Source: an uncultured Clostridia bacterium (lineage in GTDB: Bacteria; Acidobacteriota; Aminicenantia; UBA2199). From it: DNA of 64,000 nucleotides. Numbering within the stretch: the first letter of the stretch is position 1; every line of letters begins with the position of its first letter. The notes under the pieces are model-generated. The model made no database searches, had not been told where the DNA came from, and saw nothing but the letters and a program-made list of their open reading frames with translations. The translations under genes were made by a program, and so were the position numbers. This document shows positions 37,703-48,035 of the stretch, in pieces. The stretch is taken from contig CAZVPI010000013.1 of the NCBI GenBank assembly GCA_964628035.1, forward strand, positions 3,251 to 67,250, read 5' to 3'.

Positions 37703-38496
37703 GTCTCCCCCCGTAGTTCCTCATGCAGCTCAAAGTAGATGCGCCCGGGAATGCGCAGGTCGACGCGGGCGATGGCGGCTCCAGGCGCCAGGAGGTCGCG
37801 GAGGCGCAGGTAATGTCCGATGCGGCCGGAAAAATCGCTGTCCCCAGGGTGGAAGACCTCGGGCAGGCCGCGCAGCTTCAACTCGATGCCGCGGGGCTCG
37901 TCCCAGGCCACGTACTCGATGCGCCCGGCGAGCGGCCGCAGCTGGCCGGCAAACGGGGCGACGGCGGCCACGTTCTCGTCGCCGCCGCGAACCGCCACCA
38001 GCCCGGGCGGCGCCGTCGCTTCGCGTCCCAGCTCGCGCCCGCTCTCGTCCAGAAGGCGGAACGAGCCCTCGCGCTCCTGGAGGAAGAAGGGTCGGCGCAG
38101 GGAGAAGGCGATCTCGACCGTGTCGGGCAGGACCCGGCGCAGCGAGACCGCGGCCACCTCGGGGATCTCGAGCAGCCGGGCCTGGATGCGCTTGAGGTCC
38201 AGGGCGAGGATGCTGCCGGTGTGCCGGCGCAGAACGGCCTCGACCTGGCCGCGGGCGTAGCGCGGCGGGCGCTGCAGGCGGAAGCGCCGCACCTGCAGGG
38301 CCTCGCAGCCCAGGAGAAAATCGGCCGCCCGCGAGACCGCCAGCGCCGACGCCAGCGCCAGGGCCAGCAGCAGCAGCAGGTGTACGCTGCGCATCTGGAT
38401 CGAATGGATCTTCTTCTCGCGGCTCACCGTCAGGTTGTTGCTCTTGCGGAAGAAGTCGGCCTCGAAGCGCAGCGGCCCCTCCATGGCGGGTCTCAT
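37699..38496 (-). CDS. ftsQ: Cell division protein FtsQ/DivIB (TM helix plus POTRA).
   Basis: ATG at 38496 with GGAGGGGG RBS, overlapping the murC stop. TM segment VHLLLLLALALASALAV. Position between murC and ftsA. Confidence 0.75.
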   Translation of the reverse strand: MRPAMEGPLRFEADFFRKSNNLTVSREKKIHSIQMRSVHLLLLLALALASALAVSRAADFLLGCEALQVRRFRLQRPPRYARGQVEAVLRRHTGSILALDLKRIQARLLEIPEVAAVSLRRVLPDTVEIAFSLRRPFFLQEREGSFRLLDESGRELGREATAPPGLVAVRGGDENVAAVAPFAGQLRPLAGRIEYVAWDEPRGIELKLRGLPEVFHPGDSDFSGRIGHYLRLRDLLAPGAAIARVDLRIPGRIYFELHEELRGET

Positions 38497-39878
38497 GGCG
38501 CCCCCTCCTTCCACGCCGCGGCGAACTCGTGGCCCAGGCGGGTGAGGTTGCCGGCCGAGAGGAACACCAGCCCGTCCCCCGGGCGCAGCTCGCGGCGCAG
38601 GAAATCGGCGATGGCCGGGAAGCTCTCCAGGCAATGGACGTTTTCCTGCCCGCCGGCGCGGACGGCGTCGGCCAGGGCGCGGCTGCTGACGCCGGCGATT
38701 TCAGGCTGGTTGGCCGTGTACAGCGGAGCGACGACCAGCACGTCGGCGCGGCGGAAGGCGGCGGCCAGCGGCTTCATCAGCAGTCTCAGGCGCGTGTAGC
38801 GGTGTGGCTGGAACACGGCGACGATGCGCCGGCGTTTGCAGGCGGCGAGCGTGCGCAGTGTGGCCTTGATCTCGCTGGGATGATGGGCGTAGTCGTCGAC
38901 GATCAGCAGCTCGGGCGAGGAGAACAGGACCTGGAAGCGCCGCTCGGGCAGGGCGAAGCGCGCCAGGCTCTCCAGGATGGTCTCCAGGCCGACGCCCACC
39001 TCCAGGGCGGCGGCGATGGCGGCCAGCGAGTTGGAGGCGTTGTGCCGGCCGCCGATGGCGAGGCGCACCGGGCCCAGCGCGCAGCCGTCGCGCACGAGCT
39101 CGTAGGCGGCGGCGAGGCCCCGCGTCCGCACCCGCACCGCCCGAAGGTCGGCGCCGGGGGCGAAGCCGTAGGTGACCACCTTTTTGCGGATCTGCGGCAG
39201 GATGCGCCGCACCTGGGCGCTGTCATGGTTGAGGATCACCGCCCCGTAGAAGGGGACCTTGTCGGCGAAGCGCCGGAAGGCCTGGCGCAGGTTTTTCATG
39301 TTCCCGTAGAATTCCAGGTGGTCGTTCTCGATGTTGGTCACCACGGCGATGGTCGGGAACAGTTCCAGGAAGCTGCCGTCCGACTCGTCGGCCTCCGCCA
39401 CCAGGTAGCGCGAGGAGCCCAGCTTGGCGCCGCTGCCGGCGGTGTGCAGACGCCCGCCGACCACGTAGGTGGGATCCAGGCCGGCCTGGGTGAGGATCGT
39501 GGCCAGCATCGAGGTGGTGGTGGTCTTGCCGTGGGTGCCGGCCACCGCCAGGGAGAACTTCATGCGCATGAGCTCGGCCAGCATCTCGGCCCGCGGGATG
39601 ACCGGCAGCTTGCGCCGCAGCGCCTCGGCGACCTCGACGTTCTCCTCGGTGACGGCGCTGGAATAGACCAGCACCTCGGCGTCGCCGAGGTTGGCCGCGT
39701 CGTGGCCGATGGCGATGCGCAGGCCCAGGGCGCGCAGGCGGCGCACGGCCTCGCTCTCGGCCAGGTCCGAGCCGCTGACGCGGAAGCCCATGTTGTGCAG
39801 CACCTCGGCGATGCCCGACATACCCGAGCCGCCGATGCCGGCGAAGTGGATCTTCTGGATGCGGCTGCTCTCAATCAT
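38493..39878 (-). CDS. murC: UDP-N-acetylmuramate--L-alanine ligase.
   Basis: N-terminal IHFAGIGGSGMSGIAEVL and Mur ligase P-loop VAGTHGKTTTTSM. Confidence 0.9.
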   Translation of the reverse strand: MIESSRIQKIHFAGIGGSGMSGIAEVLHNMGFRVSGSDLAESEAVRRLRALGLRIAIGHDAANLGDAEVLVYSSAVTEENVEVAEALRRKLPVIPRAEMLAELMRMKFSLAVAGTHGKTTTTSMLATILTQAGLDPTYVVGGRLHTAGSGAKLGSSRYLVAEADESDGSFLELFPTIAVVTNIENDHLEFYGNMKNLRQAFRRFADKVPFYGAVILNHDSAQVRRILPQIRKKVVTYGFAPGADLRAVRVRTRGLAAAYELVRDGCALGPVRLAIGGRHNASNSLAAIAAALEVGVGLETILESLARFALPERRFQVLFSSPELLIVDDYAHHPSEIKATLRTLAACKRRRIVAVFQPHRYTRLRLLMKPLAAAFRRADVLVVAPLYTANQPEIAGVSSRALADAVRAGGQENVHCLESFPAIADFLRRELRPGDGLVFLSAGNLTRLGHEFAAAWKEGAP

Positions 39879-40977
39879 GGGTGAAGACCACCTTGCGCTG
39901 GCGCGAGACGTTCAGGATGATGCCGGTGATGATCAGGCTGCCGAGCAGCGACGTGCCGCCCGAGGAGATGAAGGGCAGCGGGATGCCCTTGGTGGGAAAC
40001 AGGCCGACGGCCACCGAGACGTTCATCAGCGCCTGGAACACGAGCAGCGTCACCAGGCCGGCGACCAGCAGGTAGGTGTGCGGGTTGTCCGACTGGCGGG
40101 CGATGGCCATGCCGCGCAGGAAATAGAGGGCGAAGAGGGCGATCACCGCCAGGGCGCCGAAGAATCCCAGCTCCTCGGCGATGATGGCGAAGATGAAGTC
40201 GGAGTAGGCGTAGGGCAGGTAGAAAAGTTTCTGGGTGGAGTTGCCGATGCCCTGGCCGAACAGCCCCCCCGAGCCGATGGCGTAGGTCGACTGCGTGGCC
40301 TGGAAGCCGTGGGTGCTGGCGTAGCTTTCCGGGTTCAGGAAACTGCGGATGCGGTCCTGGCGCATGGGGCTGCTCTGGATCAGCAGCGCCAGCAGCGGCG
40401 CCAGCACCAGGAAGACGGCGGCGAAGTAGCGCAGGCGCAGGCCGGCGAGGAACAGCAGGACCAGGGTGACGACGGCGATGATCACGAAGTTGCCGAAGTC
40501 GGGTTCCTTGAGCACCAGCCCCTCCATGAAGGCCACCGGCAGCAGCAGCAGCCCCAGGCTCCTGGGCTGGTTGACGTCGACGTCGCGCCGGCTGAGCATC
40601 ATGGCCAGGTAGAGCACCAGGGCGATCTTGGCGAACTCCGAGGGCTGCAGGGAAAGGGAGCCGATGCGGATCCAGCGGCTGGTGTTGTTGACCTTCTCGA
40701 AGAAGAAGACCAGCGACAGGCCGGTGAAGGCCAGGGCCATGGCCAGCAGGACCAGGCGCGGATTGAGGTAGAACGGGGCGCGGAACAGGACCAGCGAGGC
40801 GAGCACCAGCAGGCCCAGGACAAGGAAAAGCAGCTGCTTGTTGAGGAAGTGCAGGCTGTCGCCGTACTTTTCGCGGGCGATCACCGGCGTGGTGCTGAAG
40901 ATCATGAGGAAGCCGATGGCGATCAGCAGCAGCGAGACGGCGAGCAGCGTGCGGTCGATGCCGCTGGGCTTAACCAT
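39871..40977 (-). CDS. ftsW: Lipid II flippase / peptidoglycan polymerase FtsW (SEDS family).
   Basis: True ATG at 40977 (MVKPSGIDRTLL). Ten TM helices. SEDS signature GIPLPFISSGGTSLL. The track N-terminal extension overlaps murD and is rejected. Confidence 0.9.
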   Translation of the reverse strand: MVKPSGIDRTLLAVSLLLIAIGFLMIFSTTPVIAREKYGDSLHFLNKQLLFLVLGLLVLASLVLFRAPFYLNPRLVLLAMALAFTGLSLVFFFEKVNNTSRWIRIGSLSLQPSEFAKIALVLYLAMMLSRRDVDVNQPRSLGLLLLPVAFMEGLVLKEPDFGNFVIIAVVTLVLLFLAGLRLRYFAAVFLVLAPLLALLIQSSPMRQDRIRSFLNPESYASTHGFQATQSTYAIGSGGLFGQGIGNSTQKLFYLPYAYSDFIFAIIAEELGFFGALAVIALFALYFLRGMAIARQSDNPHTYLLVAGLVTLLVFQALMNVSVAVGLFPTKGIPLPFISSGGTSLLGSLIITGIILNVSRQRKVVFTHD

Positions 40978-42340
40978 GCCGGGCCTCCCGCTCGCCGAGC
41001 CGCGCCACTTCGCGCTTGAACGTGTCGCCGCGATGCTCGAAGTTGTCGAACATGTCGAAGCTGGCGCAGGCCGGCGCCAGCAGCACCGTGCCGCCGCCGG
41101 ACCGCAGCTCGGCGTAGCCCCGCGACACGGCCTCCTCCAGGTCGCGGACGGGCGCCAGCCGCTCGCGCAGGTCCTGCAGCTGCGCGGCGATCCGCGGCGC
41201 CGCCGCCCCCAGCAGCAGCACGCGGCGTGCGCGCCGGCGCAGCGGCTCGACCAGCGGGGTGAAGTCGCTTCCCTTGTCCTTGCCGCCCAGGATGACGACC
41301 AGTTCACCGTCCAGTCCGGCCACCGACTTCAACGCCGCGTCGACGTTGGTGGCCTTGGAGTCGTTGATGAACTCGACGGCTCCGACCCGCCCCGCCGCCT
41401 CCATGCGGTGGGGCAGGCCGCGGAAGGACGGCAGCCCGGCGGCGATGGCCCCGGCGTCCAGACCGGCGGCGCGGCAGGCCAGGGCGGCGGCCATCACGTT
41501 CTCCAGGTTGTGGCCCCCGCGCAACGGGTTGCGGCTCAGCGGGATCCGCTCCTCGCCCCCGTCCAAGGCCAGGACGAGGTCCCCGCCGTCGGCGCAGGCT
41601 CCGCGCTCCAGCCGGCGGCTCGAGGAGAACCACAGCGGCCGGCCGCGCCCCAGGCGCCCGGCATCGGCCAGGCGCGGATCGTCGGCGTTGAGCACCATCC
41701 AATCCTCGGGGCGCTGGTTGCGGAAGAGGTTGAACTTGGCGGCGGCGTATTCCTCCATCGAGGCATAGCGGTCGAGGTGGTCGGGGGTGATGTTGAGCAG
41801 CGCGGCAACCTCGGGCCGGAAGCTTTCGATCTCCTCCAGCTGGAAGCTGGACAGCTCCAGCACCGCCCACGATCCGGCGGCGACCTCGTTGACCTCGGCG
41901 ATCAGCGGCACGCCGATGTTGCCGGCCAGGCGGCTGGCCCGGCCGGCGCGCTCCAGCAGGTGGTGGATCAGGCTGACCGTGGTCGACTTGCCGTTGCTGC
42001 CGCTGACGGCGATGACGCGCCCGCGCAGCTGGCGGAAGGCGAATTCGATCTCGGAGACGATCTCGACGCCGGCGCGGCGCAGGGCGGCGAAGCGCGGGCT
42101 GCGGCCGTCAAAGCCGGGGCTGACGATCGCCTGCCGGCAGGCGGCGAGGCCGGCGAAGGCGGCGGCCCCGTCCAGGAAGCGCACGCCGCGGCGCTCGAAG
42201 GCCAGGCGCGCCGCGGCGTCGTTCACCGGCTCGTCGGTGAACAGCAGAAGCGGCGACCCGGGGTCGCGCGCAAGCAGGTGCTCCAGCACGGCGCGGCCGG
42301 TCTTGCCGAAGCCCAGCACCGCGACCGGCCGCTTATCCAT
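40970..42340 (-). CDS. murD: UDP-N-acetylmuramoylalanine--D-glutamate ligase.
   Basis: MurD-type N-terminus VAVLGFGKTGRAVLEHLLA. P-loop VSGSNGKSTTVSLI. Sits directly between murF and ftsW, with no mraY in between. Confidence 0.9.
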   Translation of the reverse strand: MDKRPVAVLGFGKTGRAVLEHLLARDPGSPLLLFTDEPVNDAAARLAFERRGVRFLDGAAAFAGLAACRQAIVSPGFDGRSPRFAALRRAGVEIVSEIEFAFRQLRGRVIAVSGSNGKSTTVSLIHHLLERAGRASRLAGNIGVPLIAEVNEVAAGSWAVLELSSFQLEEIESFRPEVAALLNITPDHLDRYASMEEYAAAKFNLFRNQRPEDWMVLNADDPRLADAGRLGRGRPLWFSSSRRLERGACADGGDLVLALDGGEERIPLSRNPLRGGHNLENVMAAALACRAAGLDAGAIAAGLPSFRGLPHRMEAAGRVGAVEFINDSKATNVDAALKSVAGLDGELVVILGGKDKGSDFTPLVEPLRRRARRVLLLGAAAPRIAAQLQDLRERLAPVRDLEEAVSRGYAELRSGGGTVLLAPACASFDMFDNFEHRGDTFKREVARLGEREARHG

Positions 42341-43724
42341 GGCAGAGCTCCGCGAGGGCTTGTTCCAGGGCCATGCCGCGCGATCCCTTGAGCAGGACGG
42401 CGGCCGGCCGGCGGCGATCCAGTTCCCGGCTCAGATGGCGGCCGGCGGCGGCGGCGTCGGCGAAGCAGGAGATGCGCCCGGCCGGGAAGCCGGCAGCGCG
42501 CGCGGCGGCGGCGAGTTCGGCGGCCAGGGGGCCGACGGCCAGCAGCCGGCGGAAGGACAGGCGGGCGAAGTAGCGGCCGGCCTGGCGGTGGAACGCCGCG
42601 GCCTTCTCCCCGAGCTCGAGCATGTCGCCGAGCACCGCGACCTTGTCGCCTGTGAACTCACGGTCGACCCAGGACAGCGCCAGGCGCAGCGCCTTGGGGT
42701 TGGAGTTGTAGGTCTCGTCGATGAGGGTGACGCGGCCCAGGCGCCGGAACTCGCCCCGCCCGGCCAAGGGGCGCAGCCTGGCCGCGGCGCGGCGGATCTC
42801 GTCGTTCTTCATCCCCAGGTGCTGGGCGGCCAGGATGGCGGCGAACAGGTTCTCGACATGGGAGCGGCTGACCACCGGCGCGAAAAATTCGTCCTCGATG
42901 CCGAAAAAGCGGATGACCAGGCGGCTGCCCTGCCCCTGCCGCTCCACGCGCCGCAGCACGACGTCGTTGCCGCGTTCGCGGCAGCCGAAAAAGACGATGC
43001 GCCCGCGGCGGCCCTGAACCACCCGGCGCAACAGCGGCCCGTCGCCGTTGACGAAGGCGCAGGAGTCGGCCGCCAAATGGTTGAGGATCTCGCCCTTGGC
43101 CCGGGCCACGTTCTCCACCGTCTTGAGGAACTCGAGGTGGGCCGGGAAGGCGTTGAGCAGCAGGGCGACGTCGGGGCGCAGGATGGTTGCCAGGCGGTCG
43201 ATCTCGCCGATGCCCGGGTCGCTCATGGCCAGCTCGAAGACGGCCGCCCCCTCGTTTCCGCCCATCTCCAGCAGGGAGAAGGGGACGCCGATCCAGTTGT
43301 TCCAGTTGCGCGGGGCGCGGAAACAGGCCATGCGCGCCGACAGGATCTGGTGCAGGAACTCCTTGGTGGTCGTCTTGCCGGCGCTGCCGGTGATCCCCAC
43401 GTAGCGGACCGCGGCGAAGCGCGAGCGCACGTGGGCGGCCAGGTCTTGGGCGGCGCGCAGCGGATCGGCGACGCGCAGCAGCGGCAGGCCCGGCCCGGAG
43501 GCGGCGAAATCGCGGCGCACGACGGCGGCGGCGCCGGGCAGACCCCGGAGGTCGCGGACATGGTCGTGCCCGTCGCCCGTGGCCGAACGCAGGGCGAAGA
43601 ACAGCATGCCGGGCTCCATGGCGCGCGAGTCGAAGCGGAAACCGCGGAAGCGTGCGCCGCGCGGGACGCCCTCGGCGCGGCCGTTGACGGCGCGGGCGAT
43701 CTCGACCAGGGACAGCTCAGGCAC
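42333..43724 (-). CDS. murF: UDP-N-acetylmuramoyl-tripeptide--D-alanyl-D-alanine ligase.
   Basis: P-loop ITGSAGKTTTKEFL. Mur ligase middle and C domains. Confidence 0.9.
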   Translation of the reverse strand: MPELSLVEIARAVNGRAEGVPRGARFRGFRFDSRAMEPGMLFFALRSATGDGHDHVRDLRGLPGAAAVVRRDFAASGPGLPLLRVADPLRAAQDLAAHVRSRFAAVRYVGITGSAGKTTTKEFLHQILSARMACFRAPRNWNNWIGVPFSLLEMGGNEGAAVFELAMSDPGIGEIDRLATILRPDVALLLNAFPAHLEFLKTVENVARAKGEILNHLAADSCAFVNGDGPLLRRVVQGRRGRIVFFGCRERGNDVVLRRVERQGQGSRLVIRFFGIEDEFFAPVVSRSHVENLFAAILAAQHLGMKNDEIRRAAARLRPLAGRGEFRRLGRVTLIDETYNSNPKALRLALSWVDREFTGDKVAVLGDMLELGEKAAAFHRQAGRYFARLSFRRLLAVGPLAAELAAAARAAGFPAGRISCFADAAAAGRHLSRELDRRRPAAVLLKGSRGMALEQALAELCHG

Positions 43725-45171
43725 GGCGCTCCCCCAGCAGCTCGCGCACCACTTCCAAATCGTCGAAATGGACGGTGCGGTCCCGGAAGATCTGGTAGTC
43801 CTCGTGACCCTTGCCGGCGATCAGCACCACGTCGCCGGGGGCGGCCAGGTCCAGGGCCAGGCCGATGGCCGACCGGCGGTCGGGTTCGCTGCGCCAGGAG
43901 GCGAAGCCGGGCTCGAAGCCGGACCGGACGTCGGCCAGGATGGCCAGCGGGTCTTCCTGGCGCGGGTTGTCGCTGGTCAGAACCACCCAATCCGCCAGCC
44001 GGCTGGCGACGCGTCCCATGCGCGGCCGCTTGGTCTTGTCGCGCGAGCCGCCGGCGCCGAAGACCAGGATCAAACGGCCGCGGGCGATCTCGCGGAACGA
44101 GCGCAGCAGGTTTTCCAGGGCGTCGTCGGTGTGGGCATAGTCGACCACGACCAGGAAGTCGCCGGCGTGGGCGATGCTGGCCCGCCCCTTGACCGGCCGC
44201 AAGGAGGACAGGGCGGCGGCGATGCGCTCGGCGGCGACGCCGTTGACCAGGGCCGAGCTGACCGCGGCCATGATGTTCAGCAGGTTGAAGCGGCCCAGCA
44301 ACGGGCACTGGAACTCCAGCCGGCCGCGAGGCGTCTGCAGCGTTCCGCGGATGCCTTCGGGGCCGAAGGCGGCCTTCAGCGGCCGGATATCGGCCTGCTC
44401 CGAGAAGCCGAAGGTGACGTAGCGGCAGTTGAGTTCGCGGATGATGCGCGCCCCGGCCGGGTCGTCGCCATTCAGGATCGCCCACTGGTCGCTGCCGAGG
44501 CGCTTGAACAGCGAGAGCTTGGCCTCGAAATAGTTCTCCATCGTGCCGTGGAAGTCCAGGTGATCGCCGGAAAAGGAGGTGAAAACGGCCTGCGTGAAGT
44601 GGACGTCGTCGACGCGATGCAGGCTGAGCGAAGCCGAGGAGACCTCCATGGCCAGGTGGGTGCCTCCGGCGCGCAGCGTCTCGGCCATGAAGGCGAACAG
44701 CTCGGGCGCCTCGGGAGTGGTGAGCTTCGTGGGCCGGTCGAGGCCGGAAAAGTTCATGCCCAGGGTGCCGACGGCGGCGGTGCCGGGGCCGAGCAGGGCC
44801 TGGACCAGGCTCACGGTGGTCGTCTTGCCATTGGTGCCCGTGACGCCGATCACGTTCAGGCTGCGCGAGGGGTCGCCGTAGAAACGGCTGGCCATGGCGC
44901 TGAGCGCCCGGCGGTCGTTCTTGACCTGCACCCAGGTGATGCCGGGGAAGCCGTCGGGCGGCGGATGCACCGACACGACGGCGACGGCTCCCCGCTCCAC
45001 CGCGTCCCCGGCGAAGCGCACCCCGTCCTCGCGGAAGCCCTTGATGGCCACGTAGCAGGATCCCGGGACGACCTGGCGCGAATCGTAGGCCACGCCGCTC
45101 ACCGCCACGCCCAGGTCGCCGCGCCAGGCCAGCGATTCGTGTCGGCTCAGCAGTTCGTCCAGGCGCTTCAT
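43717..45171 (-). CDS. murE: UDP-N-acetylmuramoyl-L-alanyl-D-glutamate--2,6-diaminopimelate ligase.
   Basis: True ATG at 45171, overlapping the ftsI stop (ATGA). P-loop GVTGTNGKTTT. DNPR motif (TSDNPRQEDP) that selects meso-DAP. Confidence 0.9.
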   Translation of the reverse strand: MKRLDELLSRHESLAWRGDLGVAVSGVAYDSRQVVPGSCYVAIKGFREDGVRFAGDAVERGAVAVVSVHPPPDGFPGITWVQVKNDRRALSAMASRFYGDPSRSLNVIGVTGTNGKTTTVSLVQALLGPGTAAVGTLGMNFSGLDRPTKLTTPEAPELFAFMAETLRAGGTHLAMEVSSASLSLHRVDDVHFTQAVFTSFSGDHLDFHGTMENYFEAKLSLFKRLGSDQWAILNGDDPAGARIIRELNCRYVTFGFSEQADIRPLKAAFGPEGIRGTLQTPRGRLEFQCPLLGRFNLLNIMAAVSSALVNGVAAERIAAALSSLRPVKGRASIAHAGDFLVVVDYAHTDDALENLLRSFREIARGRLILVFGAGGSRDKTKRPRMGRVASRLADWVVLTSDNPRQEDPLAILADVRSGFEPGFASWRSEPDRRSAIGLALDLAAPGDVVLIAGKGHEDYQIFRDRTVHFDDLEVVRELLGERRA

Positions 45172-46859
45172 AGGCGGATCTCGCGGATGGCCGGCTGGGC
45201 GGGCAGGATGCCCAGCTGCAGCATGATCTTCTCGGCGATGGCCTTGAACAAGGGGGCGGCGACGTCGCCGCCGAAATACTCCCCCTGCGGCTCGTCGAGG
45301 ACGACGAAGACGGTCACGCGCGGGTCGCGGACCGGGAAGAAGCCCCCGAAGGAAGCGACATAGGCGCCGGCGTAGCGCCCGCCCTTGATCTTGTGGGCCG
45401 TCCCGGTCTTGCCGGCGATGTCCAGCCCGGCGATGGCGGCCCTGCGCCCGGTGCCGCGGCGGACGACCTCGGTCAGGATCTCGGCCAGCTGCTCGCTGCT
45501 GCCGGGAGAGAGCACGCGCTCGCGCTCGCCCGCCGGCCCGGCGTCGCGCAGGATCTGCGGCGTTACGCGGAACCCTCCCGAGGCGGCCACGTTGAAGGCC
45601 ACCGCCATCTGCAGCGGCGTCACGGCGATCTCGTAGCCGAAGGAGAGGTAGGCCAGCGAGACGCCGCTCCAGCGCTCGGGCGGATGGAGGATGCCGCGCT
45701 CCTCGGCGGGCAGGCCGATGCCGGTGCGGCGGCCGAAGCCGAAGCGGCGGATGGTGGCGAAATAGCGGTCGCCGCCCAGCCGCAGGCCGACCTGAGTGGC
45801 GCCGATGTTGCTCGACTGCACGAAGATATCGTCGAAGCTGAGGCGGGCGAAGGGGTGAACGTCGGTGATCTGCCGGTCGTGGAAAGTGAAAACGCCGTTG
45901 TGGCAGTCGAACGTCTCCTGGCGGCCGCAGGCGCGGTTCTCCAAGGCCGATGCCGCCAGCACCACCTTGAAGGTGGAGCCGGGGTCGTAGAGGAAGGAGA
46001 GAGCCCTGTTTTTCAGGCGCGGCGGCGGCGTGCTCCATATGGTTTCCGGGTTGTAGCCGGGGCAGGAGGCCAGGGCCAGGACCTGGCCGCTGCGGCTGTC
46101 GAGGACGACGACCGCACCGCCGCCGGCGCGGCTGCGGCCGACGGCGGCCTCCAGCTCGCGCTCCACGAAAAACTGCAGCGCGGCGTCGAGGCTCAGGTGG
46201 ATGTCCCGGCCCGGCACCGGCGGCTCCAGGACCTTGAAATCGAAAATGCGCCGGCGCGCGTCGATGAGAACCTTCAGCCGGCCGCCGCGCCCCTTGATCT
46301 CGGAGTCGAGCCCCGTCTCGATCCCCCCCAGCGCCTGCTCATCGATGCCCACGCCGCCGAGCACGTGGGCGGCAAGCGGTCCCTGCGGGTACACGCGGCG
46401 GTACTCGTCCAGGAAATCGATGGCCCCGGCCGTGGCCGGGTCGGCGGCCAGCGGTTTCACCCGGGCGTACTCCTCGTCGCTCAGCTTGCGCTTCAGCCAG
46501 ACGAACTTCTCGCCGCGGCGGATGCGCCTGGCGATGGCCGTTCTCTGCAGCGGCGACAGGGGCAGCGCGGCGCAGAACCCGCGCAGGACCGACAGCGAGT
46601 GCGCCTCGTCCTTGTTGCGGATGTACGCCGACTTCGACTGCAGGGAGATGGCCAGGATCTCGCCGTGGCGGTCGGTGATGGTGCCGCGCTTGGAATGGAG
46701 CTCCTCCACGCGGTGGGTCTGGGCCTTGATCTTCGCCGTATAGGTGGTGTACTCGAGCACCTGCAGCCCGAAGAGGCGGAAGACGATGGCCAGGATCCAG
46801 GCAAAGAGGAAAAGGCAGAGGGAGAAGAAACGCTGTTTGCCGAGGCGGCTAGCGTTCAT
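45168..46859 (-). CDS. ftsI: Peptidoglycan D,D-transpeptidase FtsI (PBP3).
   Basis: ATG at 46859 with GGAGG RBS. N-terminal TM anchor. Transpeptidase motifs (STFKVV, SSN, KTGTA). Confidence 0.9.
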   Translation of the reverse strand: MNASRLGKQRFFSLCLFLFAWILAIVFRLFGLQVLEYTTYTAKIKAQTHRVEELHSKRGTITDRHGEILAISLQSKSAYIRNKDEAHSLSVLRGFCAALPLSPLQRTAIARRIRRGEKFVWLKRKLSDEEYARVKPLAADPATAGAIDFLDEYRRVYPQGPLAAHVLGGVGIDEQALGGIETGLDSEIKGRGGRLKVLIDARRRIFDFKVLEPPVPGRDIHLSLDAALQFFVERELEAAVGRSRAGGGAVVVLDSRSGQVLALASCPGYNPETIWSTPPPRLKNRALSFLYDPGSTFKVVLAASALENRACGRQETFDCHNGVFTFHDRQITDVHPFARLSFDDIFVQSSNIGATQVGLRLGGDRYFATIRRFGFGRRTGIGLPAEERGILHPPERWSGVSLAYLSFGYEIAVTPLQMAVAFNVAASGGFRVTPQILRDAGPAGERERVLSPGSSEQLAEILTEVVRRGTGRRAAIAGLDIAGKTGTAHKIKGGRYAGAYVASFGGFFPVRDPRVTVFVVLDEPQGEYFGGDVAAPLFKAIAEKIMLQLGILPAQPAIREIRL

Positions 46860-47148
46860 GGGCAGCCTCCACGACCTTGATGATCTGTCCCGGCTCGGGG
46901 TACTGGTAGCCAAGCTCCTCGCGGGCGACGCGCTCGATGCGTTCCAGGCTGAGGAGCGCGGCGCGGCGCGCCCGCAGCGCGTCGATCTCGCGGCGCAGGC
47001 GGGCCTCCTCCCGCAGCAGCCCGTGCTGGCGGTAGCCCAGGTCGACGGTGGCCAGGTTCAGGCTGGAGTAGATGAACAGGACAAGGAAGATGAAAAAGGC
47101 CAGCACGGCTAGGCGCACGGCGGAGCGGGAAGGGCCGAGCCGGCTCAT
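46849..47148 (-). CDS. ftsL: Cell division protein FtsL (septum formation initiator family).
   Basis: Short bitopic protein: TM helix LAVLAFFIFLVLFIYS followed by a coiled coil. Located between rsmH and ftsI. Confidence 0.7.
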   Translation of the reverse strand: MSRLGPSRSAVRLAVLAFFIFLVLFIYSSLNLATVDLGYRQHGLLREEARLRREIDALRARRAALLSLERIERVAREELGYQYPEPGQIIKVVEAAHER

Positions 47149-48035
47149 GCCACCTCCAGGGCCCGCAGCCTGGCCGAACGCGACGCCAGGTTCTCGGCGA
47201 TCTCGTCGCTGCGCGGCCGGGCGGGGAAGGGGCGCAGCAGCCGCACCCGCTGCCGCCGCTCCAGTCCCAGGAAGCCGCGCTTGACCAGCCGGTCCTCCAG
47301 CGAATGGTAGGTGAGGAACGCCACGCGCGCCCCGGCGGGCAGGTGGTCGGGGATGCGCTCCAGCCAGGACTCCAGCCCCTCCAGCTCCTGGTTGACCTCG
47401 ATGCGCAGCGCCTGGAAGACCTGCGCCGCAGGGTGGACCCGCCCCGGGCGGGGGTGCCAGCGGGTCAGCCGTTCCACCAGCAGGCGCAGCGGACCGGTCG
47501 TGCTCCAGGGCGCGAACAGGCGCTTCTCGATCACCGCCTTGGCCAGGCGCCGCGCATAGCCCACCTCGCCGAAGCGGGAAAAAAGGCCGGCCAGCCGCTC
47601 CTCGCTCCAGGTGTTGAGCAGATCGGCCGCGGTCGGGCCTTTTCCGCCGGGATCCTTGCGCATGTCGAGGGGGCCGTCCACGCTGTGGGAAAAGCCGCGG
47701 CGGCCGTCCTTCAGCTGCGGGGTGGAGATCCCCGGGTCGATCAGGATCCCGGCGACGGCCAGGCTGCGGCAGTCGAACTCCTCGAACAGGTCCAGGTAGG
47801 AGCCGCGGTGGAAGCGGACGCGGCCGGCGAACGGGCGCAGCGCCTCGCGGGCCTGCTCCAGGCTGGCCTCGTCCAGGTCCATGGCGATCAGGCTCGCCCG
47901 GGGAAAGGCCTCCAGGATGAGCCGGCTGTGGCCGCCGGCGCCGACCGTGCCGTCGACGAAGACCCCATCCTGCGGCGCGCCCGCGAAGATCTCCAGGACC
48001 TCCCTACTCATGACGGGGTAGTGCCGCGGATTCAT
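47145..48035 (-). CDS. rsmH: 16S rRNA (cytosine1402-N4)-methyltransferase.
   Basis: SAM-binding motifs (VDGTVGAGGHS, DLGISTPQL equivalent) and position after mraZ. Confidence 0.9.
   Translation of the reverse strand: MNPRHYPVMSREVLEIFAGAPQDGVFVDGTVGAGGHSRLILEAFPRASLIAMDLDEASLEQAREALRPFAGRVRFHRGSYLDLFEEFDCRSLAVAGILIDPGISTPQLKDGRRGFSHSVDGPLDMRKDPGGKGPTAADLLNTWSEERLAGLFSRFGEVGYARRLAKAVIEKRLFAPWSTTGPLRLLVERLTRWHPRPGRVHPAAQVFQALRIEVNQELEGLESWLERIPDHLPAGARVAFLTYHSLEDRLVKRGFLGLERRQRVRLLRPFPARPRSDEIAENLASRSARLRALEVA

Noticed and set aside
35321-37738. 805-aa plus-strand ORF
   Set aside because: Antisense to ftsZ and ftsA, which have unambiguous motifs.
39871-41307. N-terminal 110-aa extension of the ftsW ORF
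   Set aside because: Overlaps murD in another frame. FtsW homology and the hydrophobic start begin at the ATG at 40977.
43717-46038. 773-aa ORF (murE extended upstream)
   Set aside because: The upstream part overlaps ftsI. MurE begins at the ATG at 45171 (ATGA overlap with the ftsI stop).
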